Source: Eutreptiella sp. 'Long Island Sound 2002'
Taxonomy: Eukaryota; Protista; Euglenida
Direction of reading: 5' to 3'
DNA length: 64,000 nucleotides
NCBI GenBank assembly: GCA_964036045.1
Contig: OZ038379.1
Span: forward strand, 17,794,001-17,858,000
Positions 22,881-35,600 of this stretch are shown in pieces. Both the position numbers and the translations under genes were made by a program. The notes under the pieces were generated by a model, which worked only from the letters and a program-made list of their open reading frames with translations, searched no databases and was not told where the DNA came from. The stretch's first letter is position 1. Every line of letters begins with the position of its first letter.

Positions 22881-25482
22881 TGATGCACATTACACTCACC
22901 TCACGAGTTGATCTTGGCAACGGCCTGCTTGGTAGTAGGCATGCGTGCCTCACAACCACGTGACGAGCGATGGCTTGGCTCCGGCCGCTCCAAACAGCAC
23001 GCGAACTCCACCTCGGTCAAGCCGAACGGTTTTCTCTCATGTACTACCTGTGGATAGCTGAACGGAGCCCACCGGTGGAAGCACTTCCTCTCCTTCTGTG
23101 ACAAACTGGCTGTACAGCCCGCCCACTGTGCGTTAGACACTTACCGACATGCCCAAGTCACTGAAACCGCACTACAACACGTGAGGGGTTTTACCAGATT
23201 ACCATCTGTCGGTGGAAAACTTAAAAAAAGGAACACATAGAGACGCAGCATCGTACAATCGCATACACAGCACTGTGTCTGGAACATCGACAATGGTACG
23301 AACAAGCAAAACACTACACCATGCAACATCATGCAAACTCAAAAACGTCCCTCCTCTCGCATGAGATGTTCACGCGTCTTTGCGCAGACACAACACTGCT
23401 CCTCACAGACCACAGTCGAAAAGCCCGTTACGCCTTGCTTGAACAAGGAGGTCTCATTCAATTGGCGCAAGACACACCAAAAGCATACCGACTAAAGACA
23501 GCCCTCTACTGGGACGTATCTCGAACGGGCAGGACAAGCAGTTTTCTTCGCACGAAAACGGACACGGGAGCGGTGGGACCCCACCTGGCGGGAAGTCCCG
23601 CTGCAGCCACTACCTAAACGACAAAAAGGGCACCGGGATCCAAACGAATGGGGAATGCCCCTAATATGACGACACCAACACCAACGGAAAACCATGGGGG
23701 CTCAACCATGGGGGAAGCCATGGCTCAGCCCGTATGTTCACCCTGGCACTGCCAATATCTGTACTTATCGGTGAACTTTGCCCTTCGCGGCACATGGCAC
23801 ATTCCGTACTGGCCTCTTTGAATAAAAAAAAAGCTGCCCTTCTTTGGGGCGTTGTGACCCGTAGGTTGGCGCACTTACGGGACAAGTGGTGAAAATTTTT
23901 TGTCACCATTCCCTTGTAAGCCCCTGCCCCATGCCCCTTCCAATCACCGACGTTTGCTAAGGCAGCAGTTTGAGTTAATAGTGGCCACAAAGCTTATGCA
24001 TTTTTTGCACATGTCTCCTTTTGTGTCATAGAGGTACCAATGCAGGGAGGAACCAATGCAATTTTCGGAAAGTTGCAAACACCCCACTTTACCCACGACA
24101 TCATCTTCCGTTGTCCCACCTTAGGGTCCAACCTCTCTGCAATAGACCCGCCAAGCTGCTCAACACTATTTCGAACCTCATTGCTAGCTACGTGTCCCAG
24201 ATCCTTCGACCTAGCCTCCGATGCTTTGCTCATGCATCATTCTCGGTGCCGCTGAAACATGTTGCAACACAGGCATGCTTGGGCCGAATTCGTGTTGTTT
24301 TTGACCATTCTCCCCTCTGTTTGAGCCTGTCTTCCGTGGTACCGGCATGTTTTATGCATCACACTACTATCGGAGACGGCTCGACTTTAGGCTCATATGG
24401 GTTCCTTAGGTGGCAATGGCCAAACTGCTGTTGTCCAACCACTGGGGGCCTCTTGGCAAATGGAAACAATTTAGTAATTTGGTTTCATCGACACAAGGGT
24501 CATCTTCATGGAGTCAATATGCATCGGTGCGTATCGGAAGCCGGCTTTTAACATCACAAAACCCAGCGACATCGCACATGTACGTTCTCCAACTCCATCT
24601 TCTTCGGGAGCGGCGGCGCTGCGGGCAGACTGGCCGGCGTCGTAAAGGGGATGACAGAAGCGGCAGGGCCATGAGGGGGGCTGCTGAGGCCTCATGCCGA
24701 AGATGAGGGCTTCGGGCAATGGATGGCCCCAGTGGATGGCGTTGACGTTGCTGCAGTCCACTGTACATGCTACACAAGAAAGAAAAGACGTTTCGGGGAG
24801 ATTCTTTCAAGAATGCAGCTTTCTTTCATCTTTTTTGCGCAAAATACCCCTCCGCCGCCAACCCTTGTTATTTAGTTATTCTAAAGACGCCATGACGTGT
24901 CCCCATGCATAGGCTGCTCAAATAAGCACGGGAAAGACTACTTTAAAGGCTTTCAAAGAACATCAAGCACAATGCATAGCTCTCTATTTGCTGTCTCAAG
25001 GTCGACTTTGGATTTTTTCCGTTGACGCTCCGTGGAAGTTTCAGATGACTCATTGCGACTTCTTTTGCTGCAACAAGGAGAGCCTCCCATGTGCACGGCA
25101 GCGGGACCAAACGTACACGTATTGTGGTTGTACATTGTCCTCGTCCATGCTTCTATCCATTGGACCGAAGAGGTCAAAGTTTGGATAAAGTTGGTGTAAA
25201 TGTGTGTGGTGGTGACCAAACTCGCTTCAAACTATGTATGTGTGTGTGTATGCATGTCACATGCAAATTCTAAAAAAAAGCATCGAATGCCAAACCAGCT
25301 AATGTGATAGTCTATGGATGTGTGGGTATTCTATTGCCTTCAACAAGGCATCTCGAAGAGAGAGGAGAGATGAGACGAGAACACAAGGGGAGTGTTCTCT
25401 TGGGTGCTATTATTGCCGTGGCTGCGCATTGTGGCTAAATTGGTGGTTTCTGCACAACAACTGAGAAATAAATCAATCGCAG

Positions 25483-28156
25483 AACATTTTATCAACATGG
25501 GGTATAAAAACACTCCATGGCATCGTCTAAGACTCCACTCCCCAGGTATGACTGATGATAGAGCCCGAGCCATTGAGTACAAGTCAGAAATCCCATACCA
25601 ACGACTCAGCACGATCTACAAAGATGATGATGGGTGGTATGCGGTGCAAGTGGACCCCACTGAAGTGGACAAGTTCAGAGTAGAGGTGTGTGTTCGCTGT
25701 TTTTGCTTGCTCACAAGTCCACGTGCCACGCAACAGGGACGCTTAGCACATCGCACCGCGGCATCAAATTGTGATAGAATACCACCGCATTGGTGCACAC
25801 TGCACCGCAGGATTGTGTCCATTTTGTATGGGCTGGCGCAGTATGTTGTTTCCTTCTATCCCTAGGAGGCAGCCCTCTGTAATTCGATCTAGTGAGGCAT
25901 TCCGGAGGGAGGTAGCAAAATGAGATGCTCTGTTTCATAGTGGTAAGTTTTATCCACCATGGCGTGTTGTCTGATTGGGCCTCTATTCACCCCACGGTGC
26001 AAGCCGCAAAATTTAAGCCCACATAACAACCGCCTGATTGCAGTGCTGCACTAGCTAAATCCACTAAGGAGAAAATTGCTGCTCGCAATGATCTTTTGCG
26101 GCGTCAGCCAGAAGGCAAGAGATGGCTTTTCCAAATTGCCTCATCATGCTCATCCCAAAATCCCATTCTCATTTTTTCTCCTAATTTGGGGTCCGCGTTA
26201 GCTCCAGGCCATCTCAGTATGACTTTTGGGTCCAGCCCGTTGAGGCCCAAACTGCCCCCGCTCCCCAGCCTGGAGTTAAACGGCCGCCCCTCCCATGCCA
26301 CCTCCAAAGGACCAACATTGGTCAGCTCATCTATAGGAATGTTGCCCCTCCACAGGGAGCGTCAGTTCCGCTGACTTGCTGCGGTTAGATTAGCAAGGCT
26401 GGGGATCGGAACCAAAAGAAGGAAGGGGAGCCTTTAGGGGGCACCACAACATAAACCAATAGGCATATATGAAGAGCAGGGAGTGTGGCATCGTAAGGTG
26501 TGGTGTGGCAAATGCTAGTGTGTGTGGATCAGGGCGCAGAAAAGCGGCACTCCTTCGGCCAAACCTTGAATGCTGTGGGTTGTGCAAGGTGTGTGTGTTT
26601 GTCACTTTTTGCCCTAACCCTAACCCTAGGGCAAGAAAAACAATATGATCGCACAATATGATAGTAGCAGCAGCAATTCGAACCGCCGCAGATGTGTGAA
26701 TCATTGTTGTGCCCCCTCCCAAGGACAGTCCTGGGTAATGTGAAACCACATAGGTACCGTGCGTGGTTGGATGGATAAGTGCAGGGCTCTCAAAAGCCGG
26801 AATCAAAACGAAACAGAACAGAACAGAACAGAACAAACACAACAGAACAGAAACGGAAAAGAACAGAGCAGAACAAAACAGAACAGAACAAAACACAACT
26901 AAACACAATAGAACAGAACTAAACAAAACTAAACAGAAAGAAACACAACACAACAGAACAGAACAAAACAAATCAGATAAGAACAAAACCGAACCAAACC
27001 GAACCACACCGAACCGAACCGAACAGAACAGAATAGAACGGAACAAAACAGAACAAAACAGAACAGAACAGAACAGAGGTCCATTTTTATGGACCACCTA
27101 CCCCAAATGTGTCGCTTGGAGGTTCTTATGTTTCACATTGATCAACAATTTGCGGCAGCAGATGGCAAAAAACAGGATGCACCATTCTTGCGAAAGCCAA
27201 AGTGAAGGAGGCGGTTGTTACACAGGTTCTCATTGAAGATTGGACATTTCATAACGGCCATGTGTGAATGTGCAACGATTTAATTTTGGTTCCGGAGTGC
27301 AGCTGACGAGTGGGGGCAGCATGCATGTTGTCACGTTCTTGCTTCCTACGAAATACCATTTTTAGTTGTGCTTTGTGGGGATTGCATGACGTACTAGGCA
27401 TCCTCTTGAAGAGTGCACTTCCCAAACACTTGCACACTTGCCGTCAAGAATTGCACCCACTCAACTTAAACATGCGCTGGGAGCTGGGTCGGGCTTGGGT
27501 TTGATTTGTGCGTTAAACAAGGTTAGTCTTCTGCGGGCTCCATTCACTCTTATTCAGGTTAACAAGCAGCCCGATGCGAAAACGGCCGATCATCCTTGTC
27601 CACAATGTGGCGAACATGTCCGGAGCAGCTGGGTGAAGAATGAGGTGCATTGTTGGCAGCATGCGCCACAGCAAACACAAACAAGGAAGCGTGAACGCAA
27701 AGAAGATGATCAGGAGGATGATGCCAAATCCCCAAAAGTATTGTCTCGGTGCAATCAGGCATTGCTCGCTTTTTAGCAATTGAAACAAGGCTATTTCGTT
27801 GCATCACTTCATTGCAGCGTAGAACCGCAAGCTTTATGTTCTCCTCACCTATGAAGCCGTTCGACCGTAACGATTTGGAGCACTGGGGGGCACAAGCACC
27901 AAATCATTTGGTAGTGATGGCGAAGTCCGACACAATGGCTGTGGTAGGGCTGGAGGTGTATTTCGACAGCCCTCCAAAGGGCAAGGTGGCAGGACTTGAC
28001 CCAGTTGAGAATGTTCTTGCAAAGGTCTGCTTCATTAGGTATAAAGGACAACTAGCAAGTATAGGTGCGAGAAAAGCGATGGCCGCATTTGCTGTTTCTG
28101 ATAATGCCTATGCAATTCATGCAATTCAAAGTTGCAATCAAAGTGGCATTTCTTGA
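25483..28156 (+). CDS. Multi-exon gene model inside B, unknown function; candidate exons 25483-25685, 27558-27737 and 27818-28024 (or to 28156)
   Basis: TCGCAG...GAG/GTGTGT exon; CTTATTCAG/...AAA/GTATTG exon encoding CPQC-x14-C-x2-H and RKRERK; an 80-nt intron to CATTGCAG joins the next exon in phase 0. These frames are open in all three B copies (add 9548 and 19098). Confidence 0.5.
26804..27077 (+). repeat. Degenerate (GAACA)n pentanucleotide tract (also about 36352-36625 and 45902-46175)
   Basis: Read directly; one tract per B copy. Confidence 0.95.
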
Positions 28157-28321
28157 GCTTGGTCCCTTTGTCGATGCCTTCTGGGAGACAGAGCAGCATG
28201 AGAGTACCAACCATTGGTCAATTACATTTCGGACAGCGCCTGCGCAAGAGACCCTAAAAAAGTCTTGGACAAGCCCAGTCCGAGCATAGGACACCAATTG
28301 ACAAATAGAAGTCAGGTAAGA

Positions 28322-31300
28322 CAGAGCCGCCCCACCGCCCAGTGCCCCGGGTAGTCCGTCGCGCGCTCCCTCTTCCCCGAAGACGCCGCTTGCGTGGTCT
28401 ACTGCGCCGGCATGTGTTGGCACGAGGTGGTGGCCCGCCCCTCCGCCGTGGCCGCTGCCCCCGGTACCCCCGGCGCCGCCTCCGGGCCCCGCAGTCGGCA
28501 ACGATCCGCTGCGCGCGACGCCACGGCGATGCCCCCGCCCCACAGCCCGGCCTCACGGTACCGGCCCAGCATGGATCCGGCATTCCGCACCGCCTCGGGC
28601 GATGGGTCCGGCACGGGCACCGCCTCTCGCACCGGCTGCTCCGCCCAACCGCCCAACCGTCCCGCAACCGCTCCACAACCGCCGGTTGGGCCTCGCAAGC
28701 GGCCGGGGACTGCGATGACCGCCCACGCCGTCCCTGCGAAGCGCCCCCGCCCCAGCGACGGCGTGTCCCACGCCCCCGCCCGCCAGCAGACGTCCGTCGG
28801 GGGCCCCGGTCCGCTCGGTCCGGAGGTGAAGCACCAGCTGCTTCTCTCCGCGTTTCCGGAAAAGGGGGCCATTGTGTTGGAGCAGCTCCGACAGGGGCAT
28901 GTGACGGGGGCTGTGTACATCTTCAAGACGCGGCTTCTTGCGGGTATGCGTGCCATGCGGTGGCGGGGCAGGGCTCAGGCTGCAGGTGTTTGTGGGGCCG
29001 GGGGAGGGGGGTTGAAGAGTCGCGGTTGACGGGGCAAGAGGTTGCAGGGGGATTCAACAACGCCTGCCAAAGCCCTTGATAGGGGTGAAAATGAAAGAAA
29101 AGAAGAAGCAAGGGTGTTGGTAGGATTTTCAGCCTGTCATTCCAGTCATGTGTCTTTTGCCTTGGAATTGGCCTGGGCTCCAAGGGTATTTCATTCGCAA
29201 GTCTTTGTGTGCAACTCTTTGCACCTTGCGTGTAGCCATGCTATGAAGTGGTTACGAAGCTTGGTGCCGGAGTGTATGGCCAAGTATGGTTGGTGAAGTG
29301 GGGCACCTCCATAGTGGCATTGAAGAAGATAGTTTGCGATTATCGGCAGAAGGGAACAATTGCATTAGTGGAGGTATGAGTTGCATCTTGGGTGTGCACA
29401 TGTACGTTTGTGCAATGTCGGAGTGCTAAGAGGTTCGGTGTCGCTTTGTATCAGGCCCTGAAGGTGCCCACCATTCCTCTGGCTGCCACCAAAGTGGGCA
29501 GCTTGTTGACAATTTATGAATGCATCCGAGAATACAACCTGGAATGGCGCACCAATTGCCTGTTTTTTTTTTGCGCCAACCAAGCTGTTTAGCTGTAACC
29601 TAAAGGATAGCAAGGGAAACTACAAAGCACTGTGCATTGGGTACTGCGCGTTGCTCATTGGCAGCAAGAGATGCCAAAAAGTTTGGACGGTTGGGTTGAG
29701 TATTAACCCTGGCAAATGATTCAACAAGGTGAGAGTGCATATCAAATGCGTTTCAATTTGACACCCGGGAGGTTGATTGAAAACCTCGTGCAGTCTTTAT
29801 ACCTTGTCGTTCTCCGCTCATCTTGTCTTTTCTGTTCCTCTCCCTCTTGTTTGCCCAAAGGCCAAGGCGCAGGCACTTTTGAAGTTGGAGCATCCTAATA
29901 TCATTGGGTGCCACGGTTTTTTCCTGGAGCAAGTTTGCCAGTGACCGCTGTAGCAGCTCACTGTGCATCCAACCTGAACGTGAACCGAGCCCCTGGCCAA
30001 CAACAACTTAGAAGCCCTATTCGAGGGCGCACAAAGGCAACGAATTTGTGTCGCTTGTGGTTTGTGATTCATTGAGAGTGCTGGTGTATTGTGCCATACA
30101 TAAAAATTGAGCCAAAGTCTCTGTCATTCAAAAGTTAATCCATCATCACAATCCTAGTGATAGCACTGAATAGCTAAGCTGCTGTTTGATATCCAAGAAG
30201 GATTGGGTAGGACCTATTCTTCCTTGTGGCTTTTGGGTTTGCGTATTTGGGGTGTGAAAATGAATACACGTGCAGTGGCTAGATGGTTGTTGAAAGCTGA
30301 GTGGTTGTTGGATACAAATGGGGAAGTAATAAACCGATAATCCGGGCCGTGGACCAATGCAAAAACATCCTGTTCCACATATTGGTCCACATTCTTCGGT
30401 GTCCTCACATACTGTTGTGTTTGTTTTTTGCTCTCCTGCGTTGTGCTTGTTTCGTGATTCAGGAAGCGGACAAGTGCAATTTGTGAGGGGGGGGGGGACA
30501 AGGAGCGTAAACCCAGTGGCCAATAGGAAGGCCATGAATATCAAAAGGGCAACATGGCAGGTGGAATTGAGGTCGTTGGCCGCATTTGGGGCCGGAACCA
30601 GCGGGTGCCCTAGCCTCAAAGGTCCTATAAGCTACAGTAGGGGGTACAGAGCAATTGTGCGATGGTCCAATGAAACATGGGATTGTGTCATTAATGGCTC
30701 GGAAGATCAACACCAACATTCAAATTACAAGGTCCGGAGCACCACCAGGGCCGAGGGAAAGTGCAGGGCTAGCGCCTTGAGCCACCACACAACTGTGTAG
30801 GACAATGTGCCTTTCCTCGAAAAATCTGAAAGACGTGCAGATGATGAGCCCAAAGGGCGACTTAACCCCTGCCGTCTCCGGGGCCCAAACATGGGTAGAC
30901 TGACAAAACAACCCTACGTTGTTGGGGGTTCCCAGCACTTACAGCGGGGACAAAATCAAGAGGGGCAACCTAACAATTGCCTTCTCGGGAGCCCGAATGC
31001 GGGTTGGATGGCTACATAACGCATGCCGTCTCGGGGTCGCATGACTTGCATGCCGAAATCCCCCCCCCCCCCCCCGCCTCTCTCTCCCTCCACAATGACA
31101 CAAATGAAGACCATGCATGCTACCATTAGACAAGCTACCATGCTAGCGGTACTGCAACCCCAAACGTATGTAGTGACCCGCGAATTCACCAAAAGCTCCT
31201 GAAGGAGCATTGGAAGGAGAAGGTCGAGGAGGAGAAGAAGTTGCAGCAGCAGAAGAAGCCCGGGGATCAAGAGGATGCTCCTGATCGTTCAGCAGAGGGT

Positions 31301-32614
31301 CACGATGATGATGATTTTCTGAAGACAGATTTCTGAAGACCGCTTAGCTGCACTGCCACCTGCACCATTGTGGCCTCTGTCTCCTCCCACTCGTGGTCAG
31401 CAACGCCCTCCACCATTTGGGCTGACTATGGCAGAGAGAGGAAAATGTATACGAAGTGGTTTGACAACAAGCGGTACAGTGAAGGACACACAACGCCAAA
31501 CACAACACGTGCAACCCATTCTGCCACAAAGTGGTCCAAAGCAACTATCTATCGCTGTACATTCGTTAATTGTGAAAATTCTCGTATCTCTGCCAATCCT
31601 GCCAAGGCACGAACTGCTTCTTAGATGTGTCATCGTTTGTCAAGAGAGATATAATTCATGGACTGCCATGGGAGAATTCTAACAGTGCGTGCAAACTAAG
31701 CACCAAGGTTGTGAGACTGTTCTTCATGGTGGCCATTGGGCCTTTTTGCGAAGCATCAACGAGCAATGAACCGGTATTTATGCTAATCAGCGCATAGTTT
31801 GGAGTCGAACTTCTCAGTTTGCGTTCTTTGATTGCCGGGCGGCGCGCATGCAAGATGCCGACACACAATAGTGCATGCAATTAGAATTGAGGATGTGATC
31901 CTCGCAGGTTCAACATGTTTTCATATATTGAGGCCCCTTTTGTCGACAGTGCTATTGCCCAAAAATTTCACGTGCAGCGCACCACAACCCCTTGCACTTG
32001 GCCTACATTATAAGACAATTACGAAAAATGAAAAAAATTCTAATGCGCTACGAGTGGTGCACATATCAGATCGTGCCTTTTACCGCCTTGAGACCCCCTG
32101 TGGGTGCCAAGTGGCAAAAAACGCGGATTTGGGCACAACATGGGTGTTGTCTGGGGCTCAAAATGACCCCAAGATGGGCATCGGAGCGTGCAGGCCCACC
32201 ATTTCGCCGTTCATATCCGATGTATAAAGACACAAACTACGGGCCGAGCTGGGCCTCTTCCAGTTTCAGATAATCCAGGCCGTTCAAGCCTTGAGAGAGA
32301 AGCTAGCCGACCCCACACCAAAGCAACACCCGCCCCCCCTATGGCTAAATAGGTTTATTGCACAGCCCCGACCACCACGGGAAACCGCACGGAACCTGCG
32401 TGACCTAGTAGGAGCACCAGTGCGGTACGTGGCACGGAACCGGAAGCGCAAGGCGGGGACGACAACAACTATAATAGTTGACGCTGAGCTATGGCTTCAA
32501 GCAGCACACGGTGCAAATGATGGGGAGGCGGTGACCTAGTTTACCAACATACATGGGTCGCAAAAACAGTTACACGAGGAGTGCACATGAAAACGCAGAC
32601 GCCTCAACAACCTA
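28322..32614 (+). repeat. A' copy 1 (inverted copy of segment A)
   Basis: Reverse complement of 14846-19079, with an extra 57 bp at 28885-28941. Confidence 0.97.
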
Positions 32615-35600
32615 GCCCAGCGGTGGAAGCACTTCCTCTCCTTCTGTGACAAACTGGCTGTACAGCCCGCCCACTGTGCGTTAGACACTTACCGACATGC
32701 CCAAGTCACTAAAACCGCACTACAACACGTGAGGGGTTTTACCAGATTACCATCTGTTGGTGGAAAACTTAAAAAAAGGAACACATAGAGACGCAGCATC
32801 GTACAATCGCATACACAGCACTGTGTCTGGAACATCGACAATGGTACGAACAAGCAAAACACTACACCATGCAACATCATGCAAACTCAAAAACGTCCCT
32901 CCTCTCGCATGAGATGTTCACGCGTCTTTGCGCAGACACAACACTGCTCCTCACAGACCACAGTCGAAAAGCCCGTTACGCCTTGCTTGAACAAGGAGGT
33001 CTCATTCAATTGGCGCAAGACACACCAAAAGCATACCGACTAAAGACAGCCCTCTACTGGGACGTATCTCGAACGGGCAGGACAAGCAGTTTTCTTCGCA
33101 CGAAAACGGACACGGGAGCGGTGGGACCCCACCTTGCGGGAAGTCCCGCTGCAGCCACTACCTAAACGACAAAAAGGGCACCGGGATCCAAACGAATGGG
33201 GAATGCCCCTAATATGACGACACCAACACCAACGGAAAACCATGGGGGCTCAACCATGGGGGAAGCCATGGCTCAGCCCGTATGTTCACCCTGGCACTGC
33301 CGATATCTGTACTTATCGGTGAACTTTGCCCTTCGCGGCACATGGCACATTCCGTACTGGCCTCTTTGAATAAAAAAAAAGCTGCCCTTCTTTGGGGCGT
33401 TGTGACCCGTAGGTTGGCGCACTTACGGGACAAGTGGTGAAGATTTTTTGTCACCATTCCCTTGTAAGCCCCTGCCCCATGCCCCTTCCAATCACCGACG
33501 TTTGCTAAGGCAGCAGTTTGAGTTAATAGTGGCCACAAAGCTTATGCATTTTTTGCACATGTCTCCTTTTGTGTCATAGAGGTACCAATGCAGGGAGGAA
33601 CCAATGCAATTTTCGGAAAGTTGCAAACACCCCACTTTACCCACGACATCATCTTCCGTTGTCCCACCTTAGGGTCCAACCTCTTTGCAATAGACCCGCC
33701 AAGCTGCTCAACACTATTTCGAACCTCATTGCTAGCTACGTGTCCCAGATCCTTCGACCTAGCCTCCGATGCTTTGTTCATGCATCATTCTCGGTGCCGC
33801 TGAAACATGTTGCAACACAGGCATGCTTGGGCCGAATTCGTGTTGTTTTTGACCATTCTCCCCTCTGTTTGAGCCTGTCTTCCGTGGTACCGACATGTTT
33901 TATGCATCACACTACTATCGGAGACGGCTCGACTTTAGGCTCATATGGGTTCCTTAGGTGGCAATGGCCAAACTGCTGTTGTCCAACCACGGGGGGCCTC
34001 TTGGCAAATGGAAACAATTTAGTAATTTGGTTTCATCGACACAAGGGTCATCTTCATGGAGTCAATATGCATCGGTGCGTATCGGAATCCGGCTTTTAAC
34101 ATCACAAAACCCAGCGGCATCGCACATGTACGTTCTCCAACTCCATCTTCTTCGGGAGCGGCGGCGCTGCGGGCAGACTGGCCGGCGTCGTAAAGGCGAT
34201 GACAGAAGCGGCAGGGCCATGAGGGGGGCTGCTGAGGCCTCATGCCGAAGATGAGGGCTTCGGGCAATGGATGGCCCCAGTGGATGGTGTTGACGTTGCT
34301 GCAGTCCACTGTACATGCTACACAAGAAAGAAAAGACGTTTCGGGGAGATTCTTTCAAGAATGCAGCTTTCTTTCATCTTTTTTGCGCAAAATACCCCTC
34401 CGCCGCCAACCCTTGTTATTTAGTTATTCTAAAGACGCCATGACATGTCCCCATGCATAGGCTGCTCAAATAAGCACGGGAAAGACTACTTTAAAGGCTT
34501 TCAAAGAACATCAAGCACAATGCATAGCTCTCTATTTGCTGTCTCGAGGTCGACTTTGGATTTTTTCCGTTGACGCTCCGTGGAAGTTTCAGATGACTCA
34601 TTGCGACTTCTTTTACTGCAACAAGGAGAGCCTCCCATGTGCACGGCAGCGGGACCAAACGTACACGTATTGTGGTTGTACATTGTCCTCGTCCATGCTT
34701 CTATCCATTGGACCGAAGAGGTCAAAGTTTGGATAAAGTTGGTTTTAATGTGTGTGGTGGTGACCAAACTCGCTTCAAACTATGTATGTGTGTGTGTATG
34801 CATGTCACATGCAAATTCTAAAAAAAAGCATCGAATGCCAAACCAGCTAATGTGATAGTCTATGGATGTGTGGGTATTCTATTGCCTTCAACAAGGCATC
34901 TCGAAGAGAGAGGAGAGATGAGACGAGAACACAAGGGGAGTGTTCTCTTGGGTGCTATTATTGCCGTGGCTGCGCATTGTGGCTAAATTGGTGGTTTCTG
35001 CACAACAACTGATAAATCAATCAATCGCAGAACATTTTATCAACATGGGGTATAAAAACACTCCATGGCATCGTCTAAGACTCCATTCCCCAGGTATGAC
35101 TGATGATAGAGCCCGAGCCATTGAGTACAAGTCAGAAATCCCATACCAACGACTCAGCACGATCTACAAAGATGATGATGGGTGGTATGCGGTGCAAGTG
35201 GACCCCACTGAAGTGGACAAGTTCAGAGTAGAGGTGTGTGTTCGCTGTTTTTGCTTGCTCACAAGTCCACGTGCCACGCAACAGGGACGCTTAGCACATC
35301 GCACCGCGGCATCAAATTGTGATAGAATACCACCGCATTGGTGCACACTGCACCGCAGGATTGTGTCCATTTTGTATGGGCTGGCGCAGTATGTTGTTTC
35401 CTTCTATCCCTAGGAGGCAGCCCTCTGTAATTCGATCTAGTGAGGCATTCCGGAGGGAGGTAGCAAAATGAGATGCTCTGTTTCATAGTGGTAAGTTTTA
35501 TCCACCATGGCGTGTTGTCTGATTGGGCCTCTATTCACCCCACGGTGCAAGCCGCAAAATTTAAGCCCACATAACAACCGCCTGATTGCAGTGCTGCACT

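Larger units (their letters stand above)
23066..28319 (+). repeat. Segment B copy 1 (about 5.25 kb)
   Basis: Direct repeat of 32614-37867 (offset 9548) and 42163-47417 (offset about 19098). Confidence 0.97.

Noticed and set aside
23661-24233. Fanzor/TnpB or primase Fe-S domain, from the CxxC and PPC motifs
   Set aside because: No RuvC D/E/D boxes or convincing primase alignment are visible.
26390-27097. 235-aa multi-pass membrane protein (also 36103-36645 and 45488-46195)
   Set aside because: The hydrophobic FCSVL repeats are the translation of the reverse complement of the GAACA tract.
28052-31060. UGA reassignment (non-standard genetic code), suggested by frames broken mainly by TGA
   Set aside because: The intact 1066-aa ORF has no internal TGA, uses TGG and ends in TGA. 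CpG decay or chance explains the pattern.
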